In this document: piece after piece, positions 29,252 through 38,242 of the stretch
Layout of the letters: each line of letters opens with the position of its first letter
Numbering within the stretch: the first letter of the stretch is position 1
Source: Leptospiraceae bacterium
Lineage (GTDB): Bacteria; Spirochaetota; Leptospiria; Leptospirales; Leptospiraceae
DNA: 64,000 nt
Assembly (NCBI GenBank): GCA_024233875.1
Contig: JACKPB010000009.1
Location: 85,191 to 149,190, forward strand
Direction: 5' to 3'
Translations under genes and position numbers: made by a program
Notes under the pieces: generated by a model
Database searches by the model: none
What the model was told of the DNA's origin: nothing
The model's input: the letters and a program-made list of their open reading frames with translations, nothing else

Positions 29252-29617
29252 TCAGATGATGGGAATCGGCCAGTTAATCAACTTCTTATGTTCTTTGAGG
29301 TTGCATGTATAGCCCCCAATATCTGCTCCGGTGAGATTGATCACGAGAGCTTCCTGAGCACATTTTTCAACTTCGCTTCGATCATAATAACTCTCAGGAT
29401 TGATTCCTGCCAATTTATCAGCGATCAATGAGAATGCGGGAGTGTTATTGCCTGAATACCCACCTTCAGTCGCCCCCACTACTGCATTGGATATAATCAT
29501 CATCTTTGCTTCATCCCCTTTAATCGATTCCGGACTTGAAAATCCTATTGTATCCATCACAATACAATTCGATAAAAGCATTACTATCAATATTGAATAA
29601 ACCAACCTTATCAACAT
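29252..29617 (-). CDS. Small secreted lipoprotein, paralog 3 of a tandem triplet
   Basis: Signal peptide LLSNC. The conserved blocks end NWPIPII. Shine-Dalgarno GGGAGAG is 7 nt upstream. Confidence 0.7.
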   Translation of the reverse strand: MLIRLVYSILIVMLLSNCIVMDTIGFSSPESIKGDEAKMMIISNAVVGATEGGYSGNNTPAFSLIADKLAGINPESYYDRSEVEKCAQEALVINLTGADIGGYTCNLKEHKKLINWPIPII

Positions 29618-29722
29618 AAAGAATCTCTCCCTGTCTATAAATCAAAATTCTGGTTACTTGGAATTGAGAAAATATTTTTTTTCTAAGTTGAAAAACTAAT
29701 CATAAAATTATCAATAAGATTT

Positions 29723-30052
29723 ATGGAAACAGAAAAATTTCGATTAGTTTATATCACATGCAAAGACAATGAAGAGGCAAAAAAGATAGGGAAGACTCTA
29801 GTGGAATCAAAACTCTGTGCATGTGTTAATATTATCAATCAAATGCAGTCTTTGTATATCTGGGAAGGAAAACTAATAGAAGACAACGAAAGTATTTTAA
29901 TAGGGAAAACTACACTCCCTAACCTAGACTCCATTCAAACAAAAATTAAAGAAATTCATTCCTATACCAATCCCTGCATTATCAGTTTACCTATTCTTGA
30001 GGGTAGCAGGGAATACTTAGAATGGATAGAAGCGAGTGTTAAAAGAGACTGA
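29723..30052 (+). CDS. cutA: Divalent-cation tolerance protein CutA
   Basis: ~109 aa. CutA1 fold motifs YITCKD...KLCACVNII...YIWEGK...E...YLEWI. Confidence 0.85.
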   Translation: METEKFRLVYITCKDNEEAKKIGKTLVESKLCACVNIINQMQSLYIWEGKLIEDNESILIGKTTLPNLDSIQTKIKEIHSYTNPCIISLPILEGSREYLEWIEASVKRD

Positions 30053-30206
30053 ATTTACAATTGAATGGATAAGAAAGTTACCTTTTGTAATAGCAGAGTA
30101 TCAGGTTATGATAGCTTTGAAGGTATATTAAGAATTTTCTATACAAAATTTTCAGTTTAAAATTGATTTAAACCCAATAAAATCAGTATTTTTTGAAGAG
30201 GTACCC

Positions 30207-30238
30207 TAAAAAACAAAAAACCCGCCTGAGCGGGTTTC
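30207..30238 (-). terminator. Rho-independent terminator for the microprotein gene
   Basis: aaacccgc-ctga-gcgggttt is an 8-bp GC-rich stem. On the minus strand it is followed by a U-run (plus-strand A-run at 30207..30220). Confidence 0.55.
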
Positions 30239-30272
30239 GAGAAATCATTTCTAATTGTTTCTATTCTGTTGA

Positions 30273-30404
30273 TCAGCTTTTTTTCTTTGCAGCAGTTTTT
30301 TTCTTAGCAGCAGTTTTCTTTTTTGCAACTGTCTTTTTCTTAGTTACAGCTTTTTTCTTTGCAACAGTTTTCTTTTTTGCAGCAGCTTTCTTTTTAGCAA
30401 CCAT
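30273..30404 (-). CDS. 43-aa lysine-rich repeat microprotein (histone-H1-tail-like), not in the ORF track
   Basis: Manual translation of the minus strand gives MVAKKKAAAKKKTVAKKKAVTKKKTVAKKKTAAKKKTAAKKKS*. A Shine-Dalgarno GGAGGAGG sits 8 nt before the ATG. A rho-independent terminator lies just downstream. The plus-strand ORF 30193..30459 (FFAAVFF...) is its low-complexity shadow. Confidence 0.55.
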   Translation of the reverse strand: MVAKKKAAAKKKTVAKKKAVTKKKTVAKKKTAAKKKTAAKKKS

Positions 30405-31092
30405 CGAACTTGCCTCCTCCTTAGAATTTCAATCGCTCTTTTATAATATCAACGCTTGATTACTTTGTGACATAATTTATTATCAGTTCTTATCCTGTAA
30501 AGTCTTTTGTGATTTTTTATTGAAATATTTTTTTCTTTATTAATAAAATTTGCAAAGCACCTTTATTGAATATAATGAATCATGAATGTATTAAATTTTG
30601 TAACATAGAACATTAATAACTATCGAACAAAAAACTTTTCTCTTTAATAAAAGATCAAAATTCTAATCGATCGGTTAACTTTTTTATGAACATAGGATCG
30701 TTTAAGCACTTTGGCTATAAAAATTAAGTATAGAATCATCTCCTTTTATCATCTCTATACATCCCAGGTTCACTTCTTTAATGCAAATTAATCATCAATC
30801 TATGCTAAACTATCTTTCTTGCTATGATCCAAACGCATCAATTGATAGAGTTTCCACCTTCAAAGGTTCTTAATTCAAAGAACACTCTATCACTTATGCA
30901 TAAATTTCTTAATACAAAACACTTTTCATGATAACTAGAAAAGAATTTTGCTTTGATTCCATGTTTACAAATGAAATTTCATTTCTATAACTTTGCAAGA
31001 CTCTACCGGAATCATTGATCAGGGTAATTTTAAAGCAGGGTAGAATGAAAAAATCGTTGATCACTTATAAATGAGTCTTACTTATATCAAAA

Positions 31093-32883
31093 GTGAGTTC
31101 AATTGTATCCAATAAACTTAAAAATTTTTTCTATCTCTCTGCCTTTAGCTTACTTTCAATTCTGTTTTACTACTTTAGTGCTCAATTCTATCTACTTTAT
31201 GATCAAAATTGTATCAATAAAGACTTCTTAACCTGGGATCCCGAACTGAGATATATACTTACATTAAAGATGATGAATTTTATAAGAGAAGGAAAAATTC
31301 ATTCTTACATTTTTCAATTCCTGGATTCACCTCACTGGCCTTCACTGAGAAATGTTCTGGAGAGTATCGTCTTTACCTTTACAGGCCATTCACCGGTAGT
31401 ACTAACGCTCATCACATTCTTCTTCTATCTCTTATTACCAATCGGAGCTCTCTTTCTATTCTGGAAAGAAAAACAGAAGTCTATACTCTCAATTCTGCTT
31501 TTAACCCTATATTTATTGGCTCTTTTGCAAGCAGACTCTTTACTACTCTATAGCTTTACGGGAATGCTGGAAGTTCAGGGAGCGTTTCTATTTATATTTA
31601 CAACTTACTATCTTTCCAAAGTTTACTCCGAACCTGAATTTATAAAAAAAGATTCAAACAAATGGTTGGTCTTCGGTTCTGTTTTTTTACTTTATCAAAC
31701 TAAATATCCTTACGGTTATCTTCTGGTTCTATTCCTATTTCTCTTTGAAGTGATTTTTTTTCCAAAACAGTCTTTCGGATTTGCTCTTGAATACTTTTCC
31801 TCGTTAAAAAATATTTATAAAAACCCGAGATGGCTCATTGCTATTCTAGCAATCCTCTCACTCTTCCTTCCATCTCACCTTTTGAAAGGAAAGACAGCTT
31901 CTTATCTTAGATATCTCTTCATGTTAAGCCTGGTGATTGATTTTTTATTTTTCTTTTATAAAAGATCTTCAAAGCAAAGTACCGAACGAATCGAATTCTT
32001 ATTTAAGTATGCTATCCTTCCTATCGTGATATGGATGTTCATACATCCGGATAGATTCGGAAGTTACTCAGGTCAGATCACCCATGTAGAAAGTCAGGGA
32101 TTCAATCCCGGTCAGGAGATCATAAAAGATAAAGATTATTATTTTTTATTCTTTACTGAGTTTGTTTGGAATTCTTTTTCTCAGTTTCATCTCGGCTATG
32201 CAGTTCTGGTTTTCAATCTCATCAGTTTTTTTTCCGGAATGTTGATTTATCTCAGAAGAAAATCCATCTCATACAGTTTCTTTGCCTCAACTGTTTGTCT
32301 TTTTACATTTTTGGAACTGAGTCTCTTCACTACAAACCGATTGGCAAGACATACTTATCATCTTTATCCCACAATGATTCTCTCTTTTGTATTTTTTATA
32401 TTAGAAAATTATAATGCACATAAGAAATCACTTACAGCTTTGAGTTTGATTTCTGTTCTTCTATTCTCTTATCCTTTCCTGATGAAGCCCGATTACTATA
32501 TCAGCAGAACTGAAGTTTGCTATACCGGTTATGATAGAAAAGACTACACAACTCCCTTATGGATGGAGAGCATTGCAAAAGAAAAACTCAATCGCAATAC
32601 AATTCTTTTCAATGAATTGAGCCCACTTCATGTAAATAAAGCAGATACAGAGTATCTTCTTTCTAAGATTTCTTATGATCGCAAAATCAGATTAACTATC
32701 GATCCGAAAAGAAAAATCGAAGACCTAGAAAAGTTTGATGAGATATGGATTCCTTCCAATCATTGCAATCTACCGAAGAATCTCGAAAAATTTCGAAGTC
32801 TCTTAATAAATCAGGGATTTGATTTGAATTTTGAAAAAATTCAATCCTCAGAGGGATGTATCCTTATCAATCAAAAGAAGTAG
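31093..32883 (+). CDS. Polytopic integral membrane protein, possibly a GT-C-type glycosyltransferase
   Basis: At least 10 hydrophobic helices over ~450 aa, followed by a ~140-aa soluble C-terminal domain. No catalytic motif recognised. Preceded by a ~630-bp AT-rich non-coding region. Confidence 0.45.
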   Translation: MSSIVSNKLKNFFYLSAFSLLSILFYYFSAQFYLLYDQNCINKDFLTWDPELRYILTLKMMNFIREGKIHSYIFQFLDSPHWPSLRNVLESIVFTFTGHSPVVLTLITFFFYLLLPIGALFLFWKEKQKSILSILLLTLYLLALLQADSLLLYSFTGMLEVQGAFLFIFTTYYLSKVYSEPEFIKKDSNKWLVFGSVFLLYQTKYPYGYLLVLFLFLFEVIFFPKQSFGFALEYFSSLKNIYKNPRWLIAILAILSLFLPSHLLKGKTASYLRYLFMLSLVIDFLFFFYKRSSKQSTERIEFLFKYAILPIVIWMFIHPDRFGSYSGQITHVESQGFNPGQEIIKDKDYYFLFFTEFVWNSFSQFHLGYAVLVFNLISFFSGMLIYLRRKSISYSFFASTVCLFTFLELSLFTTNRLARHTYHLYPTMILSFVFFILENYNAHKKSLTALSLISVLLFSYPFLMKPDYYISRTEVCYTGYDRKDYTTPLWMESIAKEKLNRNTILFNELSPLHVNKADTEYLLSKISYDRKIRLTIDPKRKIEDLEKFDEIWIPSNHCNLPKNLEKFRSLLINQGFDLNFEKIQSSEGCILINQKK

Positions 32884-33150
32884 TCTCTGCGTACTATTTA
32901 AGCATATTTCATAATTCAGAGGAGTATTTTCAGTGATATCCGGGAAATGCTAATTATTTAATCGATTACGATCTAAAGTATTTCCGGGATTTTACTCCAT
33001 AAAACATTTCATTTTATTTTTTTTTACCCAGTTTCTTAATTTCTTACAAAATAAAAATTCGAGTTTTTTCCTATAAATTATTCATTTTTTCACCTCTTTC
33101 TCCAGAAGATTGTTTTTTTTCAATATGGTTTGATTTATTTTTACTCTCAC

Positions 33151-33166
33151 TGGTACTCTATTTGCA
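33151..33166 (+). promoter_or_regulatory. Sigma-54 (-24/-12) promoter upstream of amtB-glnK
   Basis: TGGTAC-tctat-TTGCA matches the TGGCAC-N5-TTGCW consensus with GG and GC correctly spaced. It lies 44 bp upstream of the ATG. A Shine-Dalgarno GAGGAGG lies at 33198. Confidence 0.55.
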
Positions 33167-33209
33167 AACAGATTAGAAAACAAATTCTTCAAAGAAATGA
33201 GGAGGAACC

Positions 33210-34640
33210 ATGTTGAAAGTTCTAAGAAAACAGTTCATCTGGTTATTAGTATTTATACCCTTTGTGATTTTTGCACAGGACGCACCGAAAGAGGCTGTTG
33301 AAGTGGATCTACCAACTCAGATTGCCAATTTGACCAAAGCAAACGATTTGCTTAGGATAGGATTGGATACATTTTGGGTTTTGTTATGCGGTATGCTCGT
33401 TTTCTTCATGAATGCCGGTTTTGCACTTGTTGAAAGTGGTTTTGCCAGAAGTAAAAACACTGTCAATATTCTTGCGAAAAACTTTGTCGTCTTCGCCTTG
33501 TCCACAATAGCTTTTTGGGTGATTGGTTGGGGGATCATGTTTGGTGATGGGAATTCATTTATCGGAACCCAGGGTCTATTTTTTGTAAAAGGTGTGGATA
33601 ATTCCCCAGCAGTTGGAGACGCCTACAAAGGTGTATATAGCTCAATCAATTGGACATCCATTCCTCTAACAGCAAAATTCTTCTTTCAATTGGTTTTTGC
33701 CGGAACAGCGGCTACGATTGTATCCGGGGCAGTTGCTGAAAGGATTAAATTCAGTTCCTTTGTAGTCTTTAGTTTGATTCTGGTTGCATTTATGTATCCT
33801 GTCACAGGTCACTGGATCTGGGGTGGTGGATTTCTAGGTTCTATGGATTTTAGAGACTTTGCCGGTTCCACAGTGGTTCACAGTGTAGGTGGATGGGCTG
33901 CTCTGGCAGGTGCGATTGTCCTGGGACCAAGGTTGGGGAAATACTTACCCAATGGACAGCTCAAACCAATCATGGGTCACAATATGACTTCAGCCGCTCT
34001 GGGAACTTTGATTCTCTGGCTCGGTTGGTTCGGTTTCAATCCCGGTTCTACCATGGCTGTTGGGGATGGTTCTGCTATCGCTCATATTCTCCTGACTACA
34101 AACATTGCTGCCGCCACTGGAGCTATCGGAGCCACAATAGCCTCTCTGATTTTGATCAAAAAACCGGATATCAGTATGATTCTCAACGGAACTCTGGCAG
34201 GATTGGTCGCTATCACCGCACCCTGCGCCTTTGTAACAGTTGAATCCGGAGCGATCATCGGTCTAATCGGTGGAATGCTGGTAGTCGTATCAGTTCTCTT
34301 CTTTGATAAGATCAAAATTGATGACCCGGTCGGTGCAACTTCTGTTCACCTGGTAAATGGAATCTGGGGAACTCTGGCAGTAGGAATTTTTTACAACGTC
34401 GACATTGCTACCGCAGTGGCCGGAGTGGAAACAAAACTCACTTCCGGACAACAATTTCTTGTTCAGCTCGAAGGAGTTCTTGCTGTTGGAGCTTTCACCT
34501 TTGTGGTTTCAATGATCGTATGGTATGTATTGAAAATCTGGGGTATCCGAGTTGGTGAAGCGGAAGAAATCGAAGGTTTGGATGTTGGTGAGCATGGAAA
34601 CGAAGCTTATCCTGATTTCCAAATAAAAATCCATTCATAA
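33210..34640 (+). CDS. amtB: Ammonium transporter AmtB (with signal peptide)
   Basis: 11 transmembrane segments. Amt signature DFAGSTVVHSVGGWAALAGAIVLGPR. Followed by the PII gene. Confidence 0.9.
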   Translation: MLKVLRKQFIWLLVFIPFVIFAQDAPKEAVEVDLPTQIANLTKANDLLRIGLDTFWVLLCGMLVFFMNAGFALVESGFARSKNTVNILAKNFVVFALSTIAFWVIGWGIMFGDGNSFIGTQGLFFVKGVDNSPAVGDAYKGVYSSINWTSIPLTAKFFFQLVFAGTAATIVSGAVAERIKFSSFVVFSLILVAFMYPVTGHWIWGGGFLGSMDFRDFAGSTVVHSVGGWAALAGAIVLGPRLGKYLPNGQLKPIMGHNMTSAALGTLILWLGWFGFNPGSTMAVGDGSAIAHILLTTNIAAATGAIGATIASLILIKKPDISMILNGTLAGLVAITAPCAFVTVESGAIIGLIGGMLVVVSVLFFDKIKIDDPVGATSVHLVNGIWGTLAVGIFYNVDIATAVAGVETKLTSGQQFLVQLEGVLAVGAFTFVVSMIVWYVLKIWGIRVGEAEEIEGLDVGEHGNEAYPDFQIKIHS

Positions 34641-34658
34641 TACTAATAGGAGGAAACT

Positions 34659-35003
34659 ATGAAACTTATTATAGCAATCATCCAACCTAATAAATTGGAA
34701 GAAGTTAAGGCAGAGTTGACCAAAAATGAGATCATCCGTTTGACAGTAAGTGATGTTCAGGGATACGGTCAGCAAAAAGGGAAGACTACTATCTATAGGG
34801 GACATGAATACAAAGTAAATCTGCTCCCCAAAGTTAGATTGGAAATCGCAGTCAATGATGACTTTGTAAAACCGACAATCGATGCAATTCTCAAAGCATC
34901 TAAATCCGGTGAAGGTCAAATTGGAGATGGAAAAATCTTCATTTTACCCATAGAAGAAGTCATCCGAATTCGAACCGGGGAAAGAGGATCCGCGGCAATT
35001 TAA
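34659..35003 (+). CDS. glnK: Nitrogen regulatory protein P-II (GlnK type, amtB-linked)
   Basis: MKLIIAIIQPNKLEEVK...T-loop RGHEYKVN...B-loop TGERGSA. 114 aa. Confidence 0.9.
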   Translation: MKLIIAIIQPNKLEEVKAELTKNEIIRLTVSDVQGYGQQKGKTTIYRGHEYKVNLLPKVRLEIAVNDDFVKPTIDAILKASKSGEGQIGDGKIFILPIEEVIRIRTGERGSAAI

Positions 35004-35018
35004 CAAAATCATCAAAAA

Positions 35019-35052
35019 CCCCATAGAAGATTCTCTTCTATGGGGTTTTTCT
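35019..35052 (+). terminator. Rho-independent terminator after glnK
   Basis: ccccatagaaga-ttc-tcttctatgggg perfect 12-bp stem, followed by TTTTT. Confidence 0.65.
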
Positions 35053-35170
35053 CATTATTTACTCTTTTTTTAAATTTTTTCATTGAAATCTTTTCGACTA
35101 CTATTACTATTCAACTTACGTTAAGCTTGTACCAAGCTTTCATTTTTATTATAAGGAAATCCGTTACCCT

Positions 35171-35506
35171 ATGGAGATCAACAAAAGAGAAGTCAATTCT
35201 ATCCCTGTAGTGGACATAATCGGTGAAGTAGATTTATACAATACCAAAGAAATAAAAGACTTAATCGATCATCTCATCAAAGAAGGTAAATACAATATTG
35301 TCTTAAATCTCAAGGATGTTCCTTTTATGGATTCTTCCGGTATCGGTACTTTGGTTACAGGTATGTACCGACTAAAAAAATACCATGGAAACTTAAAAGT
35401 AGTCAATATAGTTGGATCAGTAGCAAAGGTCTTCAAAATGACAGGTATGGATGCACATTTAGAAATCTTTGAAACCGAAGAAGAGGCTGTTGAATCATTC
35501 GATTGA
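35171..35506 (+). CDS. STAS-domain anti-sigma-factor antagonist (SpoIIAA-like)
   Basis: ~111 aa. ...VVDIIGEVDLYNTKEIKDLIDHL...LKDVPFMDSSGIGTLV is the STAS fold, with a phosphorylatable Ser in DSSG. Confidence 0.8.
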   Translation: MEINKREVNSIPVVDIIGEVDLYNTKEIKDLIDHLIKEGKYNIVLNLKDVPFMDSSGIGTLVTGMYRLKKYHGNLKVVNIVGSVAKVFKMTGMDAHLEIFETEEEAVESFD

Positions 35507-35514
35507 TTAGATAA

Positions 35515-36540
35515 ATGACCTTATTTTTAAGATCAATTTTACTAATTTTCACATTAAATTGCTCATTTTTGCCCGGCACATCCAAGGATGAAAATAAGAA
35601 TTTTGACTTACTTCTCTTACTTGGATTGGTTCAATCTGTAGAAGATTCTTATGCGAGATTGTTTTATATGTCTCCACTTTTCCTTTCTAATTCTGACAAT
35701 CTTATCTACCTGCAAGCCCCTTCAGAGCAAATCAGCTCTAAAAAAAAATTAGTCATCATTCACGGATGGAACACACAGGATCCCGAAAATCCGGGAACAC
35801 CCTCAGATGATGATCTAAAACGTAGAATTCGCACTACCTATTCTCATCTTTTTTCAGGATCTACCTTACTTGAATCTATCAATCTCAAAAACTATGATGT
35901 ATATTTCTTCACTTACCTAACATCCAAATCCATAGAATCCAATGGAATCCGGCTTCGTTCTCAATTGGACTCTGCATTTGCCGGCCAAAATAATAATGTC
36001 TATATATTCGCTCATTCTATGGGAGGTCTGATTACCAGGATAGCCCTCTACCAGGGTTCTGTACCATCCTACTTGAGTAAAATCATAACCTCAGGAACTC
36101 CCTACCATGGATCTCCTTGGGCAAGTTCAGCATTCTTAGAGAATAAATCAATTTTAGGTGATTTGGCTGCCTATCTCTCCAATACTACAGGGGGTCAAAA
36201 TCTCTCCTGGGACAATTACGATTTCAGTCTATCCGGATCTTCAAATGAAGTTCTTACACGATACAATTCCAATACCTCAAGAGATGGTATCATTACAGCC
36301 TATTACAATAGTCTTGAATCCAATGGAGCGGGTTACGAGGGATCGGACACCAGCCTACTTCCTGTTTGCCTTTTGATCACTTCGAAATTCTCCCCATCAG
36401 ACTGTATAGTTCCATCCAGATCAGCCGCATTTTTCGGTGGATCTCTATCCCTCACGCGGGATTTAGGAAAATTGCATCATGTTGATATGAATCTCCGCCA
36501 TAGCACAGTGAATAACACTTTGCTTATCGATTTGCCCTGA
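35515..36540 (+). CDS. Alpha/beta-hydrolase lipase/esterase-like lipoprotein (DUF676/PGAP1-like)
   Basis: Lipobox FTLNC. Nucleophile elbow AHSMGG (GxSxG). Confidence 0.6.
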   Translation: MTLFLRSILLIFTLNCSFLPGTSKDENKNFDLLLLLGLVQSVEDSYARLFYMSPLFLSNSDNLIYLQAPSEQISSKKKLVIIHGWNTQDPENPGTPSDDDLKRRIRTTYSHLFSGSTLLESINLKNYDVYFFTYLTSKSIESNGIRLRSQLDSAFAGQNNNVYIFAHSMGGLITRIALYQGSVPSYLSKIITSGTPYHGSPWASSAFLENKSILGDLAAYLSNTTGGQNLSWDNYDFSLSGSSNEVLTRYNSNTSRDGIITAYYNSLESNGAGYEGSDTSLLPVCLLITSKFSPSDCIVPSRSAAFFGGSLSLTRDLGKLHHVDMNLRHSTVNNTLLIDLP

Positions 36541-37523
36541 TGAAATTTTCTCATATCTATATTGAGTCTGATGTCAGAAATCACCCCCGAACCCAAAAAA
36601 TCTTATCAAATTGGAAAGATTCCGTTCTCATAGAAGTAGAAGACTACAAGCATGTCTTCAATCGTTCGAACCTTCATTTTCAAGCTCAAAAAAAAACTCC
36701 CCGATTGATTCTAGCCAATAAAAAAGATAGATTCATTTACAATGGATCTCCTCTGACAGATACATTTCATAGAGGTAAGTTCTACTACAATACTACAATC
36801 TTGAATTGTACGTACAACTGTGACTATTGCTTTCTTCAGGGAATGTATGCCTCGTCTCATATAGTTGTTTTTATTAACCTGGAAGACTTTTTTTCAGAAG
36901 TGGATCGAATTCTCGAATCCGAAAATAAATGTATTCTGAGTATTTCTTATGAAACAGATCTTTTAGCCCTTGAAAGGTACATTCCTTACACCAGAGAGTG
37001 GCTAGATTTTTCAAAGGATAGACCAAATCTAGAACTAGAAATCCGAACTAAGTCCAGTTCCTTCAAAGACATTCAATCCATCCCTTCCCAACCCAATGCT
37101 ATTCTAGCCTGGACCCTAAGTCCTGAGGAAGTGATACAAAAATATGAAAAAAAAACACCAACCCTCAATCGTAGATTGGAAAATATATCCAGAGCTATTG
37201 AAAATGGTTGGAATGTTCGTTTGTCCTTTGATCCTGTACTACACATGAAAGGCTGGCGATCGATTTATGATGCCTTTTTATCCAAGGTCTTCTCCTCAAT
37301 TCCACCGGAAAAGATCTATGATATCTCATTGGGTGTATTTCGAATCAGTCCTGATTATCTAAAAAAAATCAAAAAACAAAGGGAAGATTCAGATCTCCTG
37401 TACTACCCATTTCAACTCAGAAAAAATTCTATGACTTATCCTGAGTCTATAGAGGATTCATTAAAAGCATTTATGATAGAAAAAGTTTCAAATTTTTATC
37501 CTAAAGAAAAGATATTTCACTGA
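36540..37523 (+). CDS. Radical SAM protein of the spore-photoproduct-lyase (SplB-like) family
   Basis: CTYNCDYC (Cx3Cx2C) at about residue 90. ~327 aa, matching SPL-family architecture. The start overlaps the upstream stop as ATGA. Confidence 0.55.
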   Translation: MKFSHIYIESDVRNHPRTQKILSNWKDSVLIEVEDYKHVFNRSNLHFQAQKKTPRLILANKKDRFIYNGSPLTDTFHRGKFYYNTTILNCTYNCDYCFLQGMYASSHIVVFINLEDFFSEVDRILESENKCILSISYETDLLALERYIPYTREWLDFSKDRPNLELEIRTKSSSFKDIQSIPSQPNAILAWTLSPEEVIQKYEKKTPTLNRRLENISRAIENGWNVRLSFDPVLHMKGWRSIYDAFLSKVFSSIPPEKIYDISLGVFRISPDYLKKIKKQREDSDLLYYPFQLRKNSMTYPESIEDSLKAFMIEKVSNFYPKEKIFH

Positions 37524-38227
37524 TGAATAAGAAACTAGCTCTTGTAACCGGTGCATCCTCCGGAATCGGTCTCGCTATAACAAAAACACTTCTGGATTTA
37601 GATTTTTCGGTGATAGGAATTTCTAGAGACTTTTCAAAGGTAGATTTAGAGAGTGATTCCTTCGAAGCCAGGAGTTTGGATTTATGTGACTTCCATCTGT
37701 ATCCAAAACTTCTCAAAGATCTAAAAAACAATCCATCTCTTTCGATTTTGGTACACTCTGCCGGAAGTGGAGAGTTTGGAATGCATGAGGACATCAACTT
37801 TGATAAATTGGATCGGATGCTACAGCTAAACTTCTCAGTTCCTATCCTCCTGACTCATTTCTTTTTGAAAAATTTGAAAAGAAACTCGGGACATATTTTT
37901 TTTCTTTCTTCTAGTACCGCAACAAAACCTTCCCCTCTTGCATCTGCCTACGCTGCCGGAAAAGCAGGTATTACACATTTTGCAGATTCGCTCTGGGAAG
38001 AATCACGAAAAACAGGTTTGAAAATAACCACCATTCACCCCGACATAACCGGAAGTACACTTTTTTACAAAAACTCCTGGTTTCAGGAGGATTTCAATAC
38101 TCCCGGCTCATTTCTATCTCCGGAAGATATAGCTAAGGCAGTACAATTTTGCCTGGAACAACGTGATATGATTTCCATTCGAGAACTGAAACTCCAACCG
38201 GGGTATCACAAAATTCATAAAAAATAA
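37523..38227 (+). CDS. Short-chain dehydrogenase/reductase (SDR) family oxidoreductase
   Basis: LALVTGASSGIGLAI glycine-rich NAD(P) motif. YAAGK catalytic motif. The start overlaps the upstream stop. Confidence 0.85.
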   Translation: MNKKLALVTGASSGIGLAITKTLLDLDFSVIGISRDFSKVDLESDSFEARSLDLCDFHLYPKLLKDLKNNPSLSILVHSAGSGEFGMHEDINFDKLDRMLQLNFSVPILLTHFFLKNLKRNSGHIFFLSSSTATKPSPLASAYAAGKAGITHFADSLWEESRKTGLKITTIHPDITGSTLFYKNSWFQEDFNTPGSFLSPEDIAKAVQFCLEQRDMISIRELKLQPGYHKIHKK

Positions 38228-38242
38228 GACAATCACAGAAAT

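Noticed and set aside
30193-30459. Plus-strand 88-aa ORF with FFAAVFF repeats
   Set aside because: It is a low-complexity mirror of the minus-strand lysine-rich microprotein, which has a Shine-Dalgarno sequence and a terminator. The plus-strand reading is poly-Phe/Ala nonsense with no ribosome-binding site.
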